Source: Phoronis australis (lineage: Eukaryota > Animalia > Phoronida). Taken from it: a DNA stretch of 64,000 bases. The stretch is from the NCBI GenBank assembly GCA_002633005.1, contig NMRA01000559.1, forward strand, positions 124,001-188,000, given 5' to 3'. Position 1 is the stretch's first letter. Each line of letters begins with the position of its first letter. Made by a program: the position numbers and the translations under genes. The notes below the pieces were generated by a model, which saw only the letters and a program-made list of their open reading frames with translations, had not been told where the DNA came from and did no database searches. Positions 12,801-27,800 of the stretch are shown here, one piece after another.

Positions 12801-15800
12801 CTGTTCATCCAACATAATTGTATTCAGACACTAGTGTCCTCTTATGTGCATTATGTCTACTGGATGATCTTGTGAATAATCTTGGCAAGGCTCGTTGGCG
12901 TACATCCAGAGACAGCACGGCTGTGTGGCATAAAATGTTGAAACTTACTCACTGGATAAGTTCAATAATCGCATGGTGTTGTGTACATTTTTAAGCTGTA
13001 GCATTGTGATGTGTGATAATCTGGTATCCAGTGTATAACTTTTACACAGCCAGACCCTGGGGTCCATTTCATGAAAACGACTCGTTTTAAGACTGCAGAA
13101 ATTAGGTCTTGCGCTCCACATAACTATTTCTTTAAAATATTTCAAACGAATAAAATATCGGAGAATATTCCAGTGCTTGTTACATAGTGCAAAATTTTGT
13201 GCAAATTATTTCCAGGCAATTATGTGCTAGTAATTACATTCTAAGTAAGCCTTTGTTTTTGACAGTTGGGAAGTGGGACCATCAGACCAAATTTTGGTCT
13301 TAAGTCCTCTAAGTTGCTTTTCATGAAACAAACCCCTGGAAAACGAAAAGGCCGTCAAGCAGAATAATAATAGTGTTTAGACAGTAATGTACCCTAATCG
13401 ATATGCGTCCTGTCTACAGCAAGATGCTGTGGGTAACCTTCGCAAGGCTCGCTCGTTGTACATCCAACGGCAGCAGGAGTATGAAAAGGCAAAGGAGACG
13501 TCGCAGAAGGTGGAGAGCGAGAGCCTAGCGCAGTCTGGTGGCCTACAGAAGATTGAGAAGAAAAGGAAGGCTGAAGACGATGCCATGCACAGGGTAACTA
13601 CAGAACAAGACAAAAAATAATCGCGCAAATACCATTTCCCTGTCATGACAGCTAATCCAGTGAACAGTAAAATTGATTCAGATGAAAAAATATCAGGAGG
13701 CAGTTATGATTACAGAATGGCTGAGGCAACTTACTATCTTACCTATTAATTCCCTTCTTTCTTGGTCACGAGAGAAAACCAAGACAAGATGAATTAAATT
13801 CCACTCAATCGTCATGACAGGGAATTCCAGGTCATTTTGTGTGTCGAATACTTATTGTGTTTATTGTACAGTCTCTGTACCAGGCACTCGTTGCATGGGT
13901 CACACTCACCATATGCTGTGATTCCATTTGAAGTCCCCCTGACGTCACAGAACAGGGAGGTATTCCCTCGAAAAACATGGCTGCCAGTATTTGCCAAATG
14001 TCAGGTTGATGTTTAATGATAAAAAGACATGGTAAAAGTCTGTGATATCAATTTCCGTCTGAAAATTTATAGAACCGTAACACTGAATTGTAGGTAAAAT
14101 TTATCTATGACAAATTCTTCGTTTAGCCGTCGTTATCACTGAGGTTGTCTTAAAATAAGTCGTCTTTTTCTCACTTGGCTATGCTGTCCTAGCCGTCATT
14201 TTTTAAAACTGACTGTCCGTATGACTGCCACTTGATGAGTCCCTGGTCTGTACTGTACAATTTTAAATTAGCAACAAAATGTTTTTCATCAGCATTGCAT
14301 TTAGTTAGTATTAATCAGCTTCATAAGAACAAAACACATTCCCCACCCTGAAAACTGTTAGTGTTTTGATCTGGTTAACACCTCTGCAGAGTTTTCTCGA
14401 TAATGTGTAACGTTGCTATTGGAGAAAAATATTTTTCAGTATATATCAGTTATTTAAAGTGAGATATTTCTTTTGTTGATGCTTGAAATGTTAATTAGTG
14501 TAACATTTTTGAATGTTGTGTATGATATGTTAAGTCAGTGTCCTGTTTTCTTTTGGTATTTTGGAGCAGTTGTCCGTGTGAATAGAGTGAGGAATCCAGA
14601 AGGTGGTACAAAGCATTATGGGGCATTTATCATCTTGACATTGTTAGTTAACAGCAGTTGTCTAACTTGCGATTGAAGTTGTACACTTGGTGTTTCTTTG
14701 TTGGGACCAAGAACGATTTCAGTGGAATTGGAATATAAGTATGCAAACGATCGTTGGTTTCATAACTATATTCTTGGTCATGAAGCCAAACATATGGACT
14801 GCACACAAGTCTAAAGCTTTCTATTGTCTCATAACGATACTCTTTGCTTTTATCTGGTCAAAAAATCAGAAAAGGAAATTGACCTCAAATCAATCTTTTT
14901 AAACCAATTCCTAAATGGTGTTCTTTCAACTCGTCAAATGTTCAGAATTGGATGTGGAAGTGTCAAAATGATTTCTGAACTTCTGACGGTGCACCGACAA
15001 AATGGCCGCCACTCTGGACTGGCGCTATTGAACTCCACGTTTTATGAATTGCTGCTATACAACCCAAGCACATGTGGAGCTGGAATTTGCAAAATTTAAT
15101 TGCTTCTACTTCGGTGATGCGTCTTGATTGGTGAAAGTCTTTCTGTGTCGTTGTTTTACCTTCACGAAAGTTGACCCATTTGTCCATGCAGGCTCTTGAA
15201 GCCGAGACAACCTACAAGGCGTGTGTGATGGAAGCCAACATGAGGCAGATGGAGCTTGAGAAGGTGAAGGGGAACATGTTGAGCCAGGTGCGTGAACTGG
15301 TCTACCAGTGTGAACAGACTATGAAGTCTGTGACTGTCAACTATTTCAGGCTGCAGCACATGGTCACTGCTCCGGCCCCTGTACAGGTACGTACCATTCA
15401 CCGGGTGTGATATTTTCGGGTGTGTCGGTTGAAACGTTGTGAGTTGTGCCGTTTTGAGAAGACTTTTTGAAAACGTGCTGTGGGACGCACAAATGACTCG
15501 CCCACACCGATGTATGTTTTTGTTATCTGATTTTGTCACTTGTCAATGTTTTCCCCTATTATTCTTTGTAATCAGGCCTTTTAATGATAGTTAATTAAAA
15601 TTTGATTACTTAAGACACGTTTCATTCTTACAAGAGGGATTTAGAAGCAAGGTGAGGTGTGCACATCCCGGGTGCACAACTAGTATAACTATTATGTTGG
15701 GACACTTGTGTATTTCAGTGGTGAATCTTAATTCTAGTTTGGAGATAAGACAAATAGATTTCTATGATTGAACTTTTTCCTGTTGAAGCTCCTAGGCAGT

Positions 15801-18800
15801 CTTTTGGACATGTTAAACTATATCACACTTGTTTAGTCATGGTTTGAAGATGAACATTTACGAGTCTTTAAAGAAGTAGGATTAAGGTTAAATATTCTTA
15901 CGTTATGATTTGAGAGGTCGCATACATGATAGATAAACCTCCTCAAGCCAATGCAACAGCTCACCAGCCAGACATTCTATAAATAGACACCNCTAGTAGA
16001 TTGGCACCACATGACATCATGAACAGACAACAAGTTTGATTGGTCTGTGTGTATCTATAGCAGCTTTAACAACAGTTGCTGCAATCTGGGATTGTTTTCG
16101 GCATAGTGTTTGTCGGACGTTGGCCGCCGGCCACTTGTGTGATATTAGTGAACTGAGGTGATGACAAAAGTGAGGAATTGCAGGGATGCACTTTTGACCC
16201 TTGTGCAAGGTTTAGATGCTGATAAAATACGAAAAACCTGGGTCTCTGACTTAAAACATGTTCCATTCTGTTCGTTTCTTGTGTTGTTCATATCCAAAAT
16301 CCCTAAGTTTCTATGTGTTTTTGACCTTCGTCTGTTCGTTCCAGAATCAGACACTGTGTGAGAGCAGTCGACTGTATGAGCCTGGGGCGCAATACGCTGA
16401 GTACGTGCGCCGCCTGCCCATACCCAACATACCTGCCGCCTCGTCAGAACCTTTTGTGTTTGAACCCTTTGTACCTGAACGGTAATGTTCGTTTATGGCT
16501 CCTAACTATTTCTGACATCCATTTTGTGTAACAAGTGTGAGTTTTTTACGTTTTCCTTGTATGCTGCTGTTAAAATTTCTCGAAAAGTTCGTGCCTACTT
16601 TCCAAAGGATTAAGTTGTCGCTTTCTTGGCCAAGCCTTTGTTGATTTGTGAAAAGTTCAGATAGAAACAGATGAGTGTGCAGTCTGTACTTAAACTCAAA
16701 ATTTTTTTTCTGTCATTTAGTTGTGGTCTTTCAAGTGTTTTATGAGTAACAAAATGGTGTTTTTTGTAACTTCTGTCTTGACTCTAAACTTTTTTTGTCA
16801 AATAGGCTGAGCTCGCAGCAGGGTCGCAAACGAAGTAGCCAATCAACGGAGTCCAGAGACTCTGTCTCGTCCAATGATCTGCTTGGTGACGATGCAGTGC
16901 AATCACCAGGAAAGCAAAAAGGTACGTTTGGTGGTGAAACTGTTTACTTCCTGAATGTGGTCAGAAGCAGAAAGAAATGTATACGGTGTATTGTGATCAG
17001 ATGGTTTTTATTGCTTTCTGAGAGTTTGCATATGGCCCCTGTAATAGTTCTCGAAAAATGGTGAAACCTGTTGTCAAAAGTCTGGAGATTTCTTCTAGTT
17101 TTCACTGTAACTTCAACGAAGTTGTGGGAGCTTTGTCAACCTTGTGAAAAAAATCTGAAAACTAGTTTGTGTTATGGTAAAATCAATTTCTCACTCTATA
17201 TGGAGGGCAAGTGAAATTGTGTGACTGTCCACATCGTTTCATAAAAGACAAGTAGCACAAAATAAATGCTTAAGATCTTTACCAAAGCTTCCATCAGACT
17301 TTGTTTTGAGAAAGAATAAGCATATTTAACAATATTACAAGCCTTTAAATTGAAAAGGTCCTGTTTGGCAATTATTTTTGTCTGATATTTTTGGAACCTA
17401 TCATATTCGTTTTCATAAAATGTTCTCAACTTTGCATTTTCCTTTTCAAGTTCTGTGATTCGCTGCTTTTCAGGTACACCAAGGTCTTCTCAGCCAATCA
17501 AAGCATGGGGGCAGCCAGGGGTTGAAAGCAGCGAATCGGAGAGCCACAGCGGATCAAGCAATAAGTCACGTGATTCGTCTCCGTCTGCTAGTCCGTACGA
17601 TCCGTCGCACAGGCGTTCAGGAAACAATTTGGGTGACCTAGTGGAGGATGTTGGAGGAGTATCTAACAGGAGTATGTTGAGCAGGAACGGAATCCGATAT
17701 CTTTTGACATTTTGAACTCCAGCATTAGCTAATTAAAAAAATGAATTATCAGCACATTAGTTTGTTCTCGTCATCAGGGTCCGAGATCACCAGTCTTTGG
17801 TCCAGATTCGAGACCTACAATATGGCATGATACGAGTAAATTTTCCAGTTTTATTCTGCGATTGGACAATTTTAGAGTCCAGTCATATTAAGTTTGATGG
17901 TTTTGAGCTTGAGACTTCAGAAATTCGCCCCCTACCAGTGTTCATTTTAGTTACTGTAAATGCCAGCTTTGTCATAAAATGTGGACCTGTGATTTGTTCG
18001 CTGTGCTTATTTTGGAGATCTGACTGATTTTTTAAAACTAAGAGAGTTAACTATATATCCTTAGTAATTGATGACTTTTATATACCCTCAAGTATCTCAG
18101 AAGTTTACTGAAATCTTATCGCAAATTTACTAGCCATTGTACTGCAAATGTGTCTGCTGATCAGCTGGAATTGACATGACTAATTTTGAAAAGCACTGTC
18201 TTTCAGTTTGGGTAGTGTTAATTTGTAGGCTGATAAAACATGGCCGTAAACAATTGGTTAGCTTCAAAGTTTGTGAAACTGCTTTTAGTGCCTCTTAAGT
18301 GTATTTATATGGAAGTGTATTTATATGAAAGTGTATGTGTTTCAGGACGGCCTGTTGTAGTTGAGACAAGTCCAAACTTCCGTGGGACCCTCCTGTCAAA
18401 GACAGCTTCGACTCACACGTGGTTGCGACGTCTTAAAGCGCCATCTGTGTGTCGGGAGTGTAAAAGTTATGTCTACTTTAATGGTGCTGAATGTAAAGAG
18501 GTGTGTGCTTGTTGATTGGCCAGATAACATTGATACTGGCTGTTGTCTGCTGTTGACTGGCGGGCCAACATAATGTGACTGCTAGAGACATCTGTTGTCA
18601 GGTCATATGATGTTCTTGGTTCATAGATGGGTTGAACAAGACTTTGCATTGCGTTCAGATTATGAATCCTGTGTATTTAGTAAAACATAGTGCCTCGTTT
18701 AACCAGGAGTTGACATTGCTTAAGGTTATATGACACTGAAGAAAATGTCCGTATTTGGTTTACTTTGGAACATCTGAATAGGCTGATCTTATTCAAATGA

Positions 18801-21800
18801 ATTTTCAGATATTTAATTTTTAGAAAAAGACATGGTCACAACCGACTGAATTATTGTCTGATTTGTTTAAAGTCAAAAGTGAAAATTCTAGAAATTTTCT
18901 ACTTTTTAATAGGAAATATATACTTTTACTGTCTTTAATTCCAAGTTGTCTAGATATTGGGCTCAATGTACAGTCTTGGTGATGAGGTCTGACACATCCT
19001 TCAAAACGCCCTTATCAGTGTGTATCTTATATTTTTTAGCACTAATGTACATACTTAAAGATTTGAACTCAAAATTTTCTGAAATTCAAGTAAATATGTT
19101 GCAGTTGGAAGATGTTTTGTTTTTTTCTTTGTTCTGTCTGTTAGTTTGCAGTGTTCTTGAACTTGCAATCATTTGAACTTTGACCTTTTTCTCTTCCTAG
19201 TGTGGAGTTACTTGCCATCGCAAATGTCTGGAAAGTTTGGATCTTCCCTGTGGCTTTAACGAGCGTATACGCCAACGTCGAATGACAACATTTGGAGTCG
19301 ACTTCAACGCCCACCTGACGGAGACGAAGGCAGAGATACCCAAGTTGGTGTCTAAGTGTGTGGCGGAGATAGACAAGAGGGGAATGGATGTCAAGGTAGA
19401 GTACCTGTGTGGGCGAGGTAGATTAGAGGCAAATGGATGTCAAGGTAGCGTAAATTTGTGGCCAAGGTAGACAAGAGGGAAATGGATGTCAAAGTAGAGT
19501 AAATATGTGACCGAGTTAGGGAAGAGGGAAATAGATGCCAAGGTAGAGTAAATGTGTGACTGGTGGAATGTTGTCAAAAGTAGCTTGTTGATATTTTTAA
19601 TTTGCAATCAATGCTTTAACAGAGTTGTTTAGTCAGTTAAAAAAGTCCCGAATGAACACCAGATGTGGTTCGCTACTTGTCATTAAGGTCAGAGATTTGT
19701 TTCAATTTCGAATTTCCCAGCCGAATGTATTCTTTTGTTTGTACAACCCCAGTATGATGTGGCCTACGTTATGATCAACTGTGGATCACTTCTCCATTGC
19801 AGGGCATTTACCGAGTATCCGGTGTGAAGTCACGTGTAGAGAAACTATGTCAGAGTTTTGAGGATGCAACAGAAGACATCGACCTGAGCGACCATCACCC
19901 CAACACAGTAGCCAATGTTCTTAAGCTCTACCTGAGACAGGTACTTGTTATTCATACTACATCAGCAATCTTGATCGTTATCCTCAGTTAGCTAGTGATT
20001 AGTTCATTCATATGCCAAAAATAATTTTATTTTAAAAGGATTCTAAACTGTTTTGTTGATTTTATTCGAAACGGCTTTCATCACTTAACTTGATGTAACT
20101 AGTACTACTTTCCTGGAAAGGTGAAAGCATGGTTCAACTAAAATTCTGTCCTCACTGCCACGGAATGGCGTTGGTTCAAGATTGGGCCGCCTTTTCCCCC
20201 CAGTTGTCCATTAAGTCGCGTGAAGAGGATTTTGTATAAAGAAATTGTTGAACTCGAATCAAAGTTTTGAAGACTAGTGAAGGTCTACAGGCCACTGCTT
20301 TGTTTCAGGAAAAATCTGGTTTTAGTTTCCTTTTAATTAATCCATCGCCAAGCTTTTGATTGACGGCTTAACTGACCAATCAGAACGCCACATTCTACAC
20401 ACCTTAGTCTACATTTCCAAGCCGCCATGTTACCTGGCAAACAACACATTGTCGGTGACTTTTCACAAGGGGGCGGAGCTTGCGATTGGTCAGTTACGTA
20501 TAGTAGGAATGCATTTAATGCTTGAAGCTAAGATTGTCAGTAGATATCTACACGGTTTGCTTGGGAGTTTCTTAGAATTGATCATGTGGTGTTACATGTG
20601 CATCTGTATTGTTGTCCAGTGAAAACTTGTGTAATTATGACACATCTGTTGGCTTTATCTTCTGTATCTGTAGACAAGTGTCTGATTTTGTATCGGCTGT
20701 CCGTTGTTAAGAGGCAGAACTTTGCAACCTGAAATAATTTTATAGGAACTAGACACATTTTGTTGAAATTCGCTTTGCGGCGTTCATCAAATTTATGCGG
20801 CAAAAGCTGTATGGAAACCATGCGAAAAATAGTTGTAATAATTCGAAAATTATATTTAAAAACTTCCCTCCAAAATTGACAATTTTTGATGTTTAGAAGT
20901 TTCATTAACATTTTTTAAAAATCTTTTGGGTTCGTTGTTTGGAATTAATACTTTTGCATTGACCATGATTTCGTTGGCCAGCTTCCAGAACCACTGCTGA
21001 TCATAAAGCTCTACTCTGACTTCATTGGCGTCGCCAAAGAGGACATGAACCGGGATGCTGGGAACACCGACCGCAGTGCCATCGTGGCCAACATGAAGGA
21101 ACTAGTGGAGCAGCTTCCCAAGGCCAACTACAGGACGCTGGCCGTTATCATGCACCACTTGTTGAGGTGAGTTCCCTACAACTGTCTTCACTTGTAGACT
21201 GCAAGGTTGCCAGTCTTCCTTTCTCATGTACCGGGTAGTCTTTACCCAAGTTGGAAGGGTTTGTGGTAATGGCATTCCTTCATAACAAAGAACTAATTCC
21301 TTATTAAAGTATTATAGTTGACCAATAAAACAGTTTATTATTTAAAACCTTGGGTATCACAAAATCTTCATGTGCAAAAATATTGCACGGGTGTTTGTAT
21401 TTTGTGAGCAGGTTTTTTCCGAAAGATCTTTCACAGCGATCTTTATAATTTCGAAGAACATGTTTTTTCTCTCATAACTTGGAAACTCATTTCTTTGTAG
21501 TTTTCCTAACTACAAAATTTCTCCAGAATTTTCTTTGAAGGCCTTTAAACCAGGGAACTCTGCTGTCAGAAGTCTTTATTTTTGATAGCCAAGCTCTCGG
21601 GCTTAAATAATTTTAAAACAAATACCAAACACGTTTTTGTACTTGATAGAATAAAGAAGTAAATTTTGTATGTTTCATGCAAAAAGATTCATGTTTGTCG
21701 AAAATTTGTCAATCCCTGTGAAAAATCATTTTTCTTTAGGAAATCACAATCATTTGGCAGCAAATATCTGGGCATTGCTTTCGTGCACGTAATAAAATTC

Positions 21801-24800
21801 TGTGATTATCAAGGATTTTAAAATATAAAGTTTTATGGGTCAAATATTTAAAGGTTATTTTAGAAATTCAATCCTTGGTAATGAATATATCCCATTACTA
21901 TAAAAACATTGACGACAATTACAGGAGACCATTTTTTACTAGAAAAGCATTTAAGTCGACGTGGCTTTGATCAAAAACTGAAGTTTCTGCCTTACGAGTG
22001 ATCTGTTTGATATTTCCAGTCTACAGATACGTTTTGTCAAAGTAATGGGATGATGGTACGACTGGCAGCTCTTGTAAGGAGATGAGCATTATATGAAAAT
22101 ATTCTGCGTTGTGATTGCTACGTTTGTTGCAGAAACCGTATGTTTTTTGTGGTGACTTCCACATAAATGTGTACCTTATGTTGTAGAGTGACCGCTCACG
22201 AAGCTACGAATCAGATGAACTCTACCAATCTTGGCATCGTCTTTGGACCCACGTTACTCCGACCAAGGTAACCACAGTGTTCTGTTTACTATGGCCACGT
22301 TTTAGCTGGTTAACCAATACATTCTACAATTTTCTGCCAAGTTTTGTATCGTGGGTTTTAAAATATGACACATCTTGAACTCTTCTTTTATTGCAGGTAA
22401 TCGTTGATATTGTATATAGCTTTTTGAGATATTTTTTTAATTGTTAACATTATTTAGGAATAAATTAACAGAAAATGTTCGTTTTAAGCTTGTTTTCATC
22501 CTGCACATGCGCTAATTATTTTGTCGAGTCTGAACAAAATTGTATGGATTGTTGTTTCTGTAGACGGACACTGCACGAATTATTACTTTTTTATGACTAA
22601 AAGTAATGAATTGTAATGCCATATGCACGATGTATTAGAAGACTTTCACACCTGCTCCCTTGTTCAATGTGTACAGTTTGTATCTGTATTCATTGGCTGT
22701 TCCAATCAAACCACATGTGTCTTACCCGTTGACAGTGAAGGTACTGCCTCGCTGAGTTCTCTCATGGACACTCCCCACCAGACGCGGGCGATTGAGATCA
22801 TGATTACGAGCGCTGAGGTGAGTCCGGCTGACATCGCTTGAAATGTGGAGTCGAGTTATTGATTCGCAAAATGTAGCTGTTGAGGAATTTGGAATTGATT
22901 TGGCACAGTGGTGGCATCCTACATGTAGAAATGCCTGTATACTTGTGAACAACATGTTATTGTAAATCCTTTCCAGATGATAAGAAGGATGCTTTGTTCA
23001 TTTTCACTGCGTAAAATAGTGAAAGATTGCGCTATGACTGCCTTGTGACGATCCAGTCATTCATACTGTTAGTGAGTTTATTGTACAATAGAGGTCTCTG
23101 ATTTCCCATCCAACATTTGCTAAGAGAAGTTGGATTTTTTCAAGCTGATGGAATGTCAATTTTGTTTGCGAGAAAGTGGCGTGAAAATATTTCCTGGAAA
23201 CTATGTTATAGCTAATGAAGCAGGTAATGTTCATGACTATGAAAATCTAATGAAAAGACGGATCTTCAGTTGTATTATCCTGTGTGTAGGACATCTTCCA
23301 TGTCACTGAAAATTGGTTTGTGGAAGCAATTTCATAGTTCACAGTAACGTTCGTGAACATGATATTGCAGTGAACAATTTAAGGGGGGTGGTAGGAATTT
23401 TGTGCACAGGTCTCTAAATTCCAGCTACGATTTCTAAAGCAGACCAGCAAAAACCAATCCGTTCCATATTCATGCCCCTAAACTTCACACGCAGACTGAA
23501 GGAACTCTATAAGCAGCAGGGTTGAGAGGATCGAAGCTGGATTTTAGAGGCATGGTCGTGGAATTTTTTCCAGTCTCTGTATAATATCTTGCATGGTTAT
23601 CTACTGTACGATGACATTTGCAGGAAATCTTCGGTGCCACAGGCATGAGTCAGCCACAGGAAAGTCAGCCTCAGAAGACGGCTGTAGAGAGTTTAGAGCC
23701 CACGCCAGAAGAGGGCACCACCAGTGGCGTGGCTGATAGCAGCGTTAATGAGAGTGCTCCTAAATTAGTGTAAGTCATGGGTCACTGGGTTACACAGTAG
23801 TGTTTGAAAACTGTTGATGAATAGTTCTGCGGAGGATTTGATTTTCATTCGTAATTACAACATGAAAAAGTCTGTGCTGGTTGTCATGGGAACATCGTGA
23901 TGGATATGAATCTAGGGATTTGATGATTAGAACACTTAGCGTCTGCTTTTCATAATTGGTCTCATTTGTCTACATGCACTACCAAAACAAAATGGTCTTT
24001 CACTGTGGAATTGGTCTCTTGGGTTGATACAACATTGCAATTTAAAAATTAAAAATTAATTCTGCTTGTTATCTAAATAACATTCAGCCTTGACGTAACC
24101 GAAATCTGCCGGTAGAGAATAAAAAGAGATAGAATTAAGTAGTAGCGGTGAACAGCTAGTTAATGTTAATCTTGTTTATATGGCTATGAACTTGTCTTTC
24201 AAGCTGAAATTATAATTTTTCAATAGTCTGTCCTGTTTTCCCAAAAGGAACAAAAGCGGATGAAACAAGAATTTTTTGAGCGACAGAATCCTCATTTTCA
24301 CACCTCGTAGGTGAATCATTTTGGAAACCTACATCCAGACTTTTTTTCTTAAACCTTTACCTTTCGTATTATTTTAGAGTATATTGCTCGGTTGACATTG
24401 ACAGCATTGTTAAAAAATTGTGACATTTCCTGTGGTGCCAGTCCCGTTCTTAAGCCAGTGTCAGGAGAGATTTTCTTCCTTTTATTTATTGCCATTTTCT
24501 GCACTGTAACTTAAATACCCGTTTGTTTCAATACTCTGGAAATGTCATTGCTGCAAGTCGCAGGTAAAACTCGCAACATCAGAGAACGGCGTTTCGGGTA
24601 TGATAGTTTCATGAAGTGTGGTCATGGGTTTAGCGATCCGACTTTTTGATCATGAGTAAAACCAACGTCATGTATTATGACACCACTCATGAATTTTTCA
24701 TAAATGCGTCAAGCGTGACTGTTGAGTTGGGCGTTTTTTCATGTGAAGTGTTGCATATTGGTTACGTTATTTCAGGCCTGCGGAGAGTTTAGACCTAATG

Positions 24801-27800
24801 GAGGATATCATGAGGACGATCAACAAGTCGGACCCAGCCCAAGAGGCCCAGGACCCCTCCCATGGGGCACAGCATGAGTTCATGCTGCCAGGTACTGCTG
24901 ACCGGTCTGAGAGGAGTGATGAACCTAGTCAAGGTGAGGCCCATTAGAGGGCGCTGATGTATGGCATGGACTGCGATATTGTCATCTTGTTGACTCTAAA
25001 ACTAATGGCATGTGAACAAGTTGGATAATGTTGTTTGGTTCCTTCGCACCCTGGTTATGTGTTCGCTGTATATAAAGTAGCAAATGTTTGTGCAAATTTA
25101 ATTTGAGAGTGACATTTTTTTGTAAAGTTATTGTTTGAACGAAGCTTTTGATTGGTAATTAGATTAAATGCTCACTTAAATGTGCACTGCAAACTTCTTT
25201 TGGTTGCAGTAGTTAGATTGTTTCTCACATTGTTTTGTTAATTTGATGTTCAAACATGTTGGTTTTCACAGAACAGTGCAGGCACGTTGCTCTGCACGCC
25301 ATTAATCGAAAAGGTATTTTGTTGAATTTAGAGACATGCCGACAGGGATTCTTCTGTCCACAAACGTCAAGAAACACGAGTTTCTTTTGTTCAAACCTGA
25401 TTCATGTCCAGGGTTCATTTAATTGGTTATGGATGTCCCCCTCCTGCTAATGAAGCATAACTGTTTAACAAAATACCTTTAACATGTTCACCAGTCGTCA
25501 CTCAGTAACCTTGCAACCAGACCATAGATGACAGGAATCACTAATCATTCACTTGGCGACACTTGTCTGTTCCCTTGACTGCTAGATGGTGCCACAGAGG
25601 ACCTGTCTTCGGATGAGGATGACGAGCTTCCCGACGCACTGCTTCCTGATGACTCGCACTGCGCCAGCGCCCTCGCTCAAGCTCTCGCCATTGTACACCT
25701 GTCACCGTCGTCCCTGTCTCTCGCCCCCCAAGGTAACCGGCTGGTCCCCCACTAACCCTCCGCCCCCTAACCCTCACCATTTCAGTGTTGTGTTCTGCCT
25801 ACGCACTTACCGTGTTGTGTTTTTAACCCGTTTTAAGTGCTTCTGAGGCTGTCCATTACTTTTGCTTACTTATTTTTTTTTTCTGTTTGTTAGCCTTGCG
25901 CTTCTGACAAATGACAGCATGTGATAAGGTCATATTTAGGTCATATTCAGGTCATAATCAACGAACGTATATTAGTACCACCTTCATGAATGAAAAGAAT
26001 GAACACTCGACAGAATCCTGAGATGGGATGAAATTAATTTTGTTAGAGCGTCATTGTGAACCAGTTAACCTTTGACCTTTGTTCCTGTGTGTCCATTGTG
26101 CCTGAAAACAGTTGCAGATGGCTGTGGCGATAAAGAATTTGCCATGTCCTCCTATCCTCTCTGTTCAAGATTTGTGGCTGAGCTTTTTAGTTTTCCATTG
26201 CGCGAGTTCCAACAGGCAATAATGGCTGCAATCGATTGACTTCGCCGGTTCTGCCAGGTCAACCGGCGAAAACATCTGATTTTTCTATCCATTATTCAGA
26301 TGTCGGAAACCAATCGATATGATTCCGCAAAACTGTTCAATTTTCCATACTTCCTCGTTGATTTTAAAAATGTTTGAGTATAACAACCCCTAGGATTTGA
26401 CAAAGTCTCTTCACCCTCGTTTGTCCTTATGTCTGCTCTTTCAAGTCCTGTCAATGTTGTACAATTCATGTTTTAACACCCAATCACCATGTCTAATAAT
26501 TTTTGTTCTTCGTTTGTGTTTCAGCATTCTTGAACTAACACCACTTGATGTTGTAGGGTTCTTAAATGCTAATCACCATGGCTAGTAGCTGCTCGTGTTT
26601 GTGTTTCGACATGACTAAACTGACACCACTTGATGTTGTAGGGCTCTCAAACACCAATCACTGCATCTAGTAACTGCTGTTGGTTGTTTGTTTCAACACC
26701 CCTGAACTAACACCAGTTGATGTTGCAGGACACCAGGACTTAAAACACCCCAGTGTTGCTTTTCAGCGTGTTGTTTTGTGAAGTTGTACTTGCCGAGTAT
26801 TACTGTTGTGGCAATGCATGTGTCGTCAGCAGAATCACAAAAAGTAAATCTTGAAACTTTCAAATGGCTTAGTTCACGGTGCTTTGAAATTGAATTATGA
26901 CTGAACAGACCCGAGAACAGATACTTTGCTGTGTTGCTGTGACTCTCTCTCATATAAAGCCTTGAAAACATGGAAATTGTCTAAGTGTTTATTCGATACA
27001 AGTTAAATATATGGGTAAATAAAGGGTAAAGTCTGATGCAAAAGTTGTACAATACAATATTTTGTAAACCTCCAATTCTAGTAACAGAATGGCTCAGCCG
27101 CCTTGGTAACTGTGTTGTTAAGCCCCCTTCATTCTCAGTCACAAGGGAATGCTACCGTAGTGACGAATTGGACTTCCGTCCAGCCATTACGATGGGGAAT
27201 TGTGGGTAATTTTGTCTGAATACTCGGTGTGCTGATTTGTCAGTAGAGACCAATGACGAACCTATTCTCCAGTAACAGCTGGTTTATTTATTTAAATTCT
27301 AAATCAGTCATTCGGTCCAGATGCAATTTTCACGTAATCTAAAAGTCTGTTTCATACTTTTGTGATGCTGATGCTTATTCATGCTGTGTTGTTACAGGTG
27401 CGTTCCTGTATCCTGCAACATGTGTGTCAAAGTGATTGTTTTCACCAGACCTCTGTTGTCTATGCCACATTGTGTTCGCATGTGATGTATTCAGCCATGC
27501 TAACTCTGTTCATATTCAAATTGGTCGCGTGGTTGGCTGCGATGTATGCAAATGAATGCAAATTGTTATTCAACATTTATCAGTGCAATCCACAGTTGCA
27601 TAAAATTCACTCTTTCACATGCTAGACAAGCTCCGCTACTACATGCCAAAAATAATCCGGCCCAGTTCCATTGCCGTGTTATGACAGATCCGGACACATC
27701 ATCATAGCTACTCTGACTGTCAATTCCGATTACACTCGGTCATCATGACTGGAAATTCTTCTTGTGTTCAGCCGACACGACGACAAATTTAACGTCATTT

